Below are positions 56,432 to 64,000 of a stretch of 64,000 nt of DNA, piece by piece; position 1 is the first letter of the stretch, and the number at the start of each line of letters is the position of its first letter. The position numbers and the translations under genes are program-made. The notes beneath the pieces are model-generated. The model did not search any database and had not been told where the DNA came from. It worked only from the letters and a program-made list of their open reading frames with translations. Source of the stretch: Chlorokybus atmophyticus (taxonomy: Eukaryota > Plantae > Mesostigma and Chlorokybus algae); NCBI GenBank assembly GCA_009103225.1, contig RHPI01002402.1, forward strand, positions 525,099-589,098. The letters are read 5' to 3'.

Positions 56432-59400
56432 TCAATACATGCAATGTTGGTTGAATTTCATTCGCCGTCCATCACTTCTACTTTCCTCAGTCCAAGCGCA
56501 GCTGCTTCTGCTGCTCCCTTGCCTTGGCCAGTCGAGCTTTGTTTTGGCTGAGAAAGGGTCCTCCACCTGGTCGCTCGCAGCTGTGTTAACCACCCAGACG
56601 CCTAGCCTCCTCCCCTCTGCCTTCTTCAGGTAGTCGACTACCATATGACCGTCGGACCGCACCTCTTTGACCACAACAACCCAAGGGGGTGGGTCAGCAG
56701 GATCTTCATCTGCGGGCTCATGCGGAAGTCCGAAGTCGAAAATGAACTTGCTGTTGTGCCGCATCTCCAGGACATCGCCCTTTTCTGGCCACACCGGCAA
56801 GGGGATGTCGGCTGCAGTGACTCTCAACTCTGTGCTGTCATAGTCGTACGCCAATTGATGATTTGCTACATCACGGTTGAGCAACACCCAGAGCTTGCGT
56901 TGCAACTGGTCTCCACCGATGAGCGTAAACTCATCTGCCAAACGCCCAATGCACTGTGCACCAGTGTCTCTGTCAATCAGGTCATTGCCCATGGCATCAC
57001 GCTTCTTGGTATAAGGCCGCACTTGCACATGGATAGTGGATTTCCGCCAATTGAACAGGTAGATCTCATCCACCCGGCATGGTGCGACAGTTGGGTCCGC
57101 CATCTTCACGTTATCAACGCCTCTGCGTCTGCAATACCAAAGGCTTTACTCACTCACTTTGTATCAAGAGATGACAGTAGACTTTCGGGCAGAGCAATAG
57201 AATGCGTAATTGGTAGACACTGGACAGTGCCTATAAGACTTTCGGTCAGAGCAATAGATTACATAATTCGTAGACACTGGACAATGCCTATGAGACTTTA
57301 GGTCAGAGCAATAGATTGCAAAATTCGTAGACACTGGACAGTGCCCATGAGACTTTAAGTCAGAGCAATAGATTGCAAAATTCGTAGACTATACCACACC
57401 TGTAAATGACCCCGTTACGCAGATATGCGCGGAACTTGCGTATGCCTCCGGGCAAGTTGCCAGTGATGTCCTCAACGCGCTTGATTTCCAAGGCCAAGGG
57501 TCCCTGAAGAGGGACAGGCTTCCTGGTGCTGCCAATAAGGATGCCCTTTTCTCTAATCAGTCGCGCATGCTCCAAGTCTGGGAATTTCTCAGCGAGGGTC
57601 CAGAGCTCCATGGCGTGCTTTTGAGTGCGCACTTCGTAATGACAGTCACTACATGCTCCACTCAGAGGCTGGTAAACCTGCTGAGAGTGCGCCATTATAT
57701 CATTAGCTCGGTGGCACAACAGCTTTCCAGTCCTCTGATCTTCTCGCATGACGTTGAGCATCCTCAGAAACCATCTCCTTAGTGTACGCCGCATGTAGCT
57801 GATCTCAAACTGCTTCCCATTGGTGAAGGTGTTGACATAGTTGGACACAGTGCGCTCTTGCACAAAACACCAGTACACATCATGACTCCCGTGCCAGATG
57901 ATGTCCTCCAGAATGTGACCGGCACCGGCCATATGCTCGTTGGGCCTTTTGTTGGTGCCAAACAGGTCCTCCGAGTAGACCCTCCAATATTTCAAAAGAG
58001 CATTAGCAAGTTCCAATAGCTCCGCAGTCCAGCCATGTAGGCGAGAGTTGTGGAAGATGATGCGGATGAGCAAGTGAAGCGCAAAGCTGACATCTTTGGT
58101 TGCTTCGTCTACCAGATCGGACACAGCGTATGGCACAGCATACTGCACGAACATCTGCAAGTCCTGGGCCTTGAACCAAGCCAGGTGCTTGCTGATGCCT
58201 CTTGGGAAACGTTTGCTCTTCAAGTCCATGGGGCGTGATATGCGCATCTGGGACAGCCTGCGCTCCACCTTGGCAATGTCTTCGACATGCTTTAAACTAT
58301 CTGCACCCAGCGTACTGTGCACGAAACTTTTGCAAAGCCCCTCCAGCAACAGGTGCATCGTGTCATAGACCAAGTCACGGCAAGGGTTAAACTCATACAT
58401 ATGCCACAGCCGCCAGAGTGGAGATTTCCCTGTGATGCCGCACTCCATTGATTTTTCTTTCCGGTTTTGGCCATCGAGTGAGTCCACCATGCACGCGTTG
58501 TCGAACGCATCCTTTGCTGCTCTCTCTGCTGGGGGATGGCGGCAGTAGTAGCGATTGTCACCATAAAAATGGTATGTACGTGTCCTCGTAGTATCTTCAC
58601 CCTGCTCAGCACGCCGGGGCACTTGGTGCTGAGTGGCTTTGAGGAGACAACGCCGGCAGAGGACGAGGCCTCCATTCTTAAACTGGCCTATCTTACATTG
58701 CGCTGGCTGGTCACCCGTCCATGCCCACAGCACTACCCGCAGTGTTATCTCTTGACCTGCAATGAAGTCAACATCAGTATCTCACAACCAGTCTGATAGA
58801 GACTGTGATAGGCCGCACTGGGCAGTGCAGCCTATGACAGTCTCATAGACCGCAAGAAGGCAGATATGCTATAACCAAGTCGCAGCCACTGAACAGTGCC
58901 TATGAGACTTTGGCATACACAAAAATGGACTGCATAAGTTGTAGACTCTGAACAGTGCCTATGAGACTTTGGGTGATATAGGTGACAAAACATTTTATAA
59001 CCCAGTCATTACCTGGTCGTCGATCAAGCACGCGGCTGTCGACATGATTGGAATCGAGGCCATAACGAACAGTGAAGCCGTTCAAGTAGAGGTTCTCCAG
59101 GTCACGCACCAGTGGTTCCAGAAAGGGCTCCAGACTGTCCACACCGTTTGGGAGCTGATCAGTGGGAACAAAGAGCAAAGGCATGACGGAAGACTCTTGT
59201 GAGGAAATGCGCTTCCCGCCATTGAGCACAGAGGAACTGACAACGGTGCAGCTGTGCTTCACAGTGGTTGTTGAGCTGAAGCCGTCGGCGTGGATTAGCA
59301 GGGCTATGTTGCGAGGGTCGCCAAGAGCTTGCTGTACCATCTGATGGTTGGTTTTGTGGCACCCTGAGCATTTAAATGTCACGTGATCGCTTGCGTTGTG

Positions 59401-60584
59401 ATGCTCTAGATCGACATCCGGGATGTGGTGGCAGAATGCGCAGGACACAGGCAGCTTGATTTTGTGGCGAGGGTCCCGGAAGCTGCAGTGATGCTGCTTC
59501 TTCGCACCATGCCAATACTCAGTGTTTGCAGCAGGTACTTGTTCCACAGGGACGTGCAACCACTCATCTTTGTGGCGCCATTCCTCCAGATAGTCGTGAG
59601 CGATTGAAGGGACAGCTAACTTGGCGCTGAGCCAGGCACCTATGCGATTGTACAAGAAGTCGCAACATTCTTTGCGAACCCTGCCGCATCCCCCTCCGCA
59701 CGGTGTGTTGCGAAGGTGATCAATCATTTTTTGCTTGGTCTCGCTCGTGTCCGAGTCTTCGTCATCTTCATTGAGTGTGGGATAAGGTGCATCAAACAAG
59801 TACTTGCATGTGGGACAGACGGTCAGGCGCTGAGGAACAGGCATGCCGAGTGCGGCCAACAGTTTATCCACGGCGGCAATGTCTGTCGACAGCTCATCCG
59901 CGACAGGGCTGTGCGATATTGTGTCGCCTATGAGGCTGGCGATGTCATCCCGCAACTGCTCCTGTTTAAAAGGAACCTCCAAGGCCAGCTTGACCACAGA
60001 ATTTATCTAGCCAAAGATGAGCTTCATAATCTCGTTGACGAGAGCCCCTTGGCCACCAGAACCTTCCAGGGCTGTCACAATCTTTAGGTAGATATCCAGC
60101 CACTTCTTCGTAGCAGACTCCGATGGTGGTTGGCTGGGCTCGAGAGGTTGACTATGGGGAATAGGTGGTGCCCACCTGCTTGCGGCAACTGTCAGGTCAA
60201 GTGCACGGTGCGCCCTTGCAACTGCTTCGTCCACCATCTATGATGACAGAACTTGGTTAGCACGCCAGCGATCAACACCAATCCACATCACCACGCTATC
60301 AAGAATCACAAGCAAGACACACGCGTGCATGGCTGTGTCATAGACCAGACTGGCACTGTCCAGTGCCTATGAGTCTTTAGGTCTCAGCAAAGGAATACAT
60401 AAGTCGTAGACACTGGACAGTGCCTATGAGACTTTAGGTCAGAGCAATGGAGTGCATGACTCGTAGACACTGGACTATGAGACTTTCGGTCAGAGCAATA
60501 GATAACTGCATTGATAACTCATAGACCGCACTGCTTACCATGCCGCGGCATCCACTGGAACTGTAGTTGCAGATAACTTGACGA

Positions 60585-60617
<33 letters not shown>

Positions 60618-60769
60618 CTCTCCACATGATCAGATGACTCGTCGGCGAATGAGCCACCTCCAGCTTCAACAGCCGGTGACAGAGGGGAATGCGAAGTGGA
60701 TGGCTGGCAAGCGGTTGCAGGGGGGTGAGCAGCAGGCTGAGTTGCTGAAGCTGGCCTGCAGGGAATCAT
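56432..60769 (-). CDS. CACTA/EnSpm (Transposase_21/Plavaka-like) DDE transposase, premature TAG at 60007-60009
   Basis: Exons 60539-60769, ~59032-60237, ~57398-58762 and 56432-~57130. Motifs EYWHG, GDPRNIALLIHADGF, LEPFLEPLVRDLENLY, LRVVLWAWTGDQPAQCK, LCRRC, YDTMHLLLEG, KAQDLQMF and EHMAGAGHILEDIIWHG...YWCFVQER. Confidence 0.92.
57178..57390 (+). repeat. Intronic 57-bp tandem repeat, cluster 2 (~3.6 units)
   Basis: tagacactggacagtgcctatgagactttaggtcagagcaatagattgcaaaattcg at 57214, 57271 and 57328 plus partial copies, in the last transposase intron. Confidence 0.95.
58887..58972 (+). repeat. Intronic repeat, cluster 3 (2 units)
   Basis: ctgaacagtgcctatgagactttgg twice, ~59-bp period, in the middle transposase intron. 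Confidence 0.88.
60352..60503 (+). repeat. Intronic repeat, cluster 4 (3 units)
   Basis: cactg(t/g)(c/a)cagtgcctatgag(t/a)ctttaggtc...gcaa three times, in the first transposase intron. Confidence 0.92.
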
Positions 60770-61227
60770 ATTAGGCGCTTAACAACTGCTGTCAAGAAAT
60801 CTGTGCTGGCTCACCGGTAATTTTGAGACCCCCCGAGTCCTGATTATTCACGCCATCTCGTCTGAATATTGATGACTTGATCCGTTTCACGCCTTTTGTC
60901 CGTGAATATCCAATGGTTATTGTACTTTCTGTCCCATCCCTGCCAAAAGGAACAGCGTTCTTCACCCGCAAGACGCATTCATATTCAACGTACATACCAC
61001 TGAACCTCGTTTCAACCCGTACACTTTGCATTTCAAACTGAGTATTTCGTGCATATTCAATGTCAGTCAAGTTGTAGTTGATGAACGATATGGTACAATG
61101 AATTGTCAGTGCCCAAACAGCAGAATAATCACCCAGCGTGTGTGGTGCTGGCTACGACTTGCCGCGAAAACCCTGAGTCCTAAATACCATTGCATAGTCA
61201 CCGTCATATTCAGGGAACATCTAGCAT

Positions 61228-61384
61228 GAAATACACCAAGTCCCAAGTGCCATCGAACATTCAACACCACTTGACAAAACTGCCGATGTGAAATTACACC
61301 AAGTGCCAAGTGCCATTGAAAGTTCAACACCACTTGGCAAAACTGCCGCTGTGAAATTACACTAAGTCCCAAGTGCCATTGAAA
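61228..61384. repeat. ~63-bp tandem repeat (2.5 units) between the Ulp1 gene and the transposase
   Basis: gaaattacaccaagtcccaagtgccattgaa.gttcaacaccacttg.caaaactgccg.tgt. Confidence 0.9.
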
Positions 61385-61515
61385 AGGCAAGCATGCTAAT
61401 GGCATGCATTCTAAATTCTATTAAGCACAAAGTTAGCTTGGGCTACTATTACACAGCTGGCCAATGAACCTGTGCTTTTGACTACAATTTAGCTATGTAC
61501 CAACCGCCTGCTACT

Positions 61516-63520
61516 TCACATCCGCCGTGACGTTTGCTGTGCTGGCATGCTGTCCATGAGTGTTCGCAGTCGTCTCCTTAAGCTGTCTGCCTCTTTTGGA
61601 CGAAACCAATCCTTTTGCATCTGCGTTGCACACACCCACACCATCTGGTTGCTCAACACATGTCAACCTACACGACTTTGCACTAAGGCAGCTGCCATAT
61701 GGAGTACATTCCAATGCATGAGCTGTACCTGCTGAAATATCGGGGCGTTTTGCTCAATTGGACCAGCTTGTATCCCATCTATAAACTTGTCAAGGTAAAC
61801 CATGACAAACAGCCCGCACGCAACTCCATCCCTCTGCTGAGGGACCTGCACGAACACGCTATGTCAATGCGGGCGAACCAAACGTATGTGCATCTACATA
61901 GGGATTGTGCCGGGAGAGGGCGTGACCTCATCACCAGGCCAAAACAACATGTCCTCCCTGTGGATCAAGTAGCGGGACGTTTGCGGGAGAGAAGCGCTGT
62001 TGCGACTCACTTCCATGCTTCCTGCCCCACATATAGTTTAGATAAGCGCGCATTGGTCCGTCGACGTTGCGATGTAGACCAAGGGAGTCGAGATGGACGA
62101 TCAAGGGCGGCGTGTTGCTTCCAAGTTCCCCTCCAGGATTGCACACCAGCAGCAGACTCCAGTGAGTCCTGTGGCATGCAGACTTCAAAGTGAGTCCATG
62201 CGAGCAAGTACAGCAGCACTGCAGTGCGAGAACTTGGCTTCACTCTCACCGGCTGTCTGGGTTGACAATTGCTGCCAGCAAGTTCTTGGAAAACGGATCG
62301 TTCTCCCACCTATCTATCCTGTGATTGCCACTGTGCCAGTTATGTTGTTCATGGCAGTGCACAATCTTGGTGTAGAAGTGCGGGTTGAACAGCCTCACGT
62401 GAATGCCTTCAGCTCTGCCCACGACCTCCTCTTCCTTATATCTGCGCGTGCGTGACACATACATGACACAGCTGCACAACACCAACAACGCAAGGCTCAT
62501 ACCTGCAAAAGAAGTGGAGCACGGTGTCGTTGAGCTCCTGTCTGCCGTCCAGCAACTTTCTGTCCGCTTCAAACACTGGCACCGCATCACGTGCATTTGC
62601 ACTAGGGTAAATGAACAGGGGCACAGGTGTTGACGCCTCAACTTCAGCACCCGGCCCGTCCAGCACCATGATGTCATCATCGCTGTCCACGAGGTCCACA
62701 ACTGCTGCAGCCGTCGTGGTTCCCTGACTTGGGTGCTGGCGACGTTCTCCGTTGGCATCCTCATCATCAAGTTCCATCGGGACTGGCTCTGCAGCGTAAA
62801 AAGGTAGGATTATGCAATAAGCGCCGCAACGCAAACCAAGAAGCGCCAGCACGTTGCTGCTTACCACTCATATCCTCATCCCCGCACTCTTGAACAAAGC
62901 TTCTACCCACGCTCTCAGTCGGTGGTTGTGAAACCCTACCGCTGCTGCCCGGCAGAGAACGACGCGCGAGGCTGTCCCTTGGAAGCTGTGCCGGAGCCCC
63001 ACCTTCTTCGTACGCAGCGCATTGCGAGCATGTGACCGCAAAGATGTTACCAACAGCATGACGTTGACAGAGGCTGTTTGGGCATGTCGCGCATACTTGT
63101 CGAGCTGGTTCATTGCATCTGTGCACATGGCACCTGCGTTCCAGTGATCATTTTAGAACTTGTCGACTTCAGACACCATGCATTCACTGGATACTGAAGC
63201 TTACTTGTGCCTTGGGCATTCCCAATGGTCATCTTCCACAGGTGGTACAGTGACGCAGCGTGCGTGGTAGCTCTTCCAGCAGCCTTCTGCATCACAGCCG
63301 AATATGCTACCGCCATCCTTGCAGACAAAGCAATAGTCTTCGTGTTCACGATTCTCCAATGCATCCAGCTCTAGCCCCGGTCTCATCCTGCAAACCAAGG
63401 TCAGGTGCCCAGATCTGCAGTCACACAACAGTAGGTATATGCAGCATCACAATAGCAAAGAGTACCTCATGTACTCAAAATGCCAGTCACGGCGTGTGGT
63501 CCACGACACCTCGCTCGCTC
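61516..63520 (-). CDS. Transposon gene C: PHD-C5HCH reader + SIM-like motifs + Ulp1/SENP (peptidase C48) SUMO protease; 5' end uncertain
   Basis: HEDYCFVCKDGGSIFGCDAEGCWKSYHARC...WECPRHK|CHRCNEPARQVCATCPNSLCQRH; VVDLVDSDDDIMVLD; LFIYP...LNDTVLHFF; FNPHFYTKI; HWSLLLV (His); HLDSL (Asp); VPQQRDGVACGLFV (Gln/Cys); final exon MQKDWFRPKEADSLRRRLRTL*. Confidence 0.88.
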
Positions 63521-63636
63521 GCACCTTGCTTGCTTGGTTTGTTTGCTTACCTGAACATCTGTGCGTGTGCCGGTGTGTGTGTGTGTGTGCATGTGTGTGT
63601 GGGTGGTTGGGTTGGGCTTGTGTTGTTACTTCTCGT

Positions 63637-63828
63637 GGTTGGGGCAAAACGCTGGGGCAGCCTCGTGCGTAAGGCCTCGGTGACCTTGCCCCTGCGCCCA
63701 TGCACAAGTTGGTTTGGGGAAAACGCTGGGGCAGCCTCGTGCGTAAGGCCTCGGTGACCTTCCCTGCGCCAATGCACAAGTTGGTTGGGGGAAAACGCTG
63801 GGGCAGCCTCGTGCGTAAGGCCTCGGTG
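63637..63828. repeat. 72-74-bp tandem repeat (3 units) upstream of the PHD exons
   Basis: aaaacgctggggcagcctcgtgcgtaaggcctcggtg at 63646, 63720 and 63792. Confidence 0.93.
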
Positions 63829-64000
63829 TCCAGGTTGCATGCTTGCATTATGCGTGTGGTTTCCAGTTTCAGTAGTTTTGCGGTGGTCACCTGCGCTTGG
63901 GTGCGATTGCTTGGATGGTTTACTTGCTTGCCTTCACATATGTGCGTGTGCTGGTGTCTGTGTGTGTGTGTGGTGGTTGGGGGGGGGGGGGGGGGGGGGG

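Larger units (their letters stand above)
45655..64000. mobile_element. Giant CACTA/EnSpm (CMC/Plavaka-like) DNA transposon, right end outside window
   Basis: Left end TA|CACACGGAATTTTTTCC is followed by a subterminal motif array. The element holds a DDE transposase of Transposase_21/Plavaka type, three accessory genes and an element-restricted intronic repeat family on both sides. The right TIR is not seen. Confidence 0.8.

Noticed and set aside
57178-57390. Regular ~57-bp array superficially like a CRISPR
   Set aside because: Units are whole tandem copies with no unique spacers, the context is eukaryotic and intronic, and there are no cas genes.
60792-61070. 92-aa minus-strand ORF between gene C and the transposase
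   Set aside because: No ATG or splice support and no motif; it may be promoter DNA.

Overview
Eukaryotic, intron-rich, GC-rich green-lineage DNA, probably a streptophyte alga. The basis for this is a plant-type H3.3 (T31/Y41/H87/L90), a SKIP24-like F-box gene and a plant-type glutaminyl cyclase; the organism itself cannot be proven from sequence. 1-36.5 kb is a compact host gene block whose exons I assembled by hand from GT-AG signals and reading-frame phase. In order it holds H3.3, a PqaA/AprA-family secreted protein, an orphan gene, an NTF2/SnoaL-like protein, a GNAT, QCT, SKIP24, an alpha/beta hydrolase, an ATL-type RING-H2, a SWAP/SURP splicing regulator and TBCD. 37-45.6 kb is AT-richer relic DNA made of decayed transposon- or virus-like ORFs and repeats. 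From about 45,655 to beyond the window end lies a single candidate giant (>18 kb) CACTA/EnSpm(Plavaka)-type DNA transposon. It carries a DDE transposase, an orphan accessory gene, a ~1,700-aa zinc-finger/SET/coiled-coil gene and a PHD-C5HCH/SIM/Ulp1 SUMO-protease gene. Its introns hold an element-specific ~57-bp tandem repeat family. This element is the best candidate for an undescribed system: a transposon with its own histone writer, reader and deSUMOylase plus repeated cis motifs. Three of the four genes in this copy carry lesions. All family assignments are from motif recognition; no searches were run.
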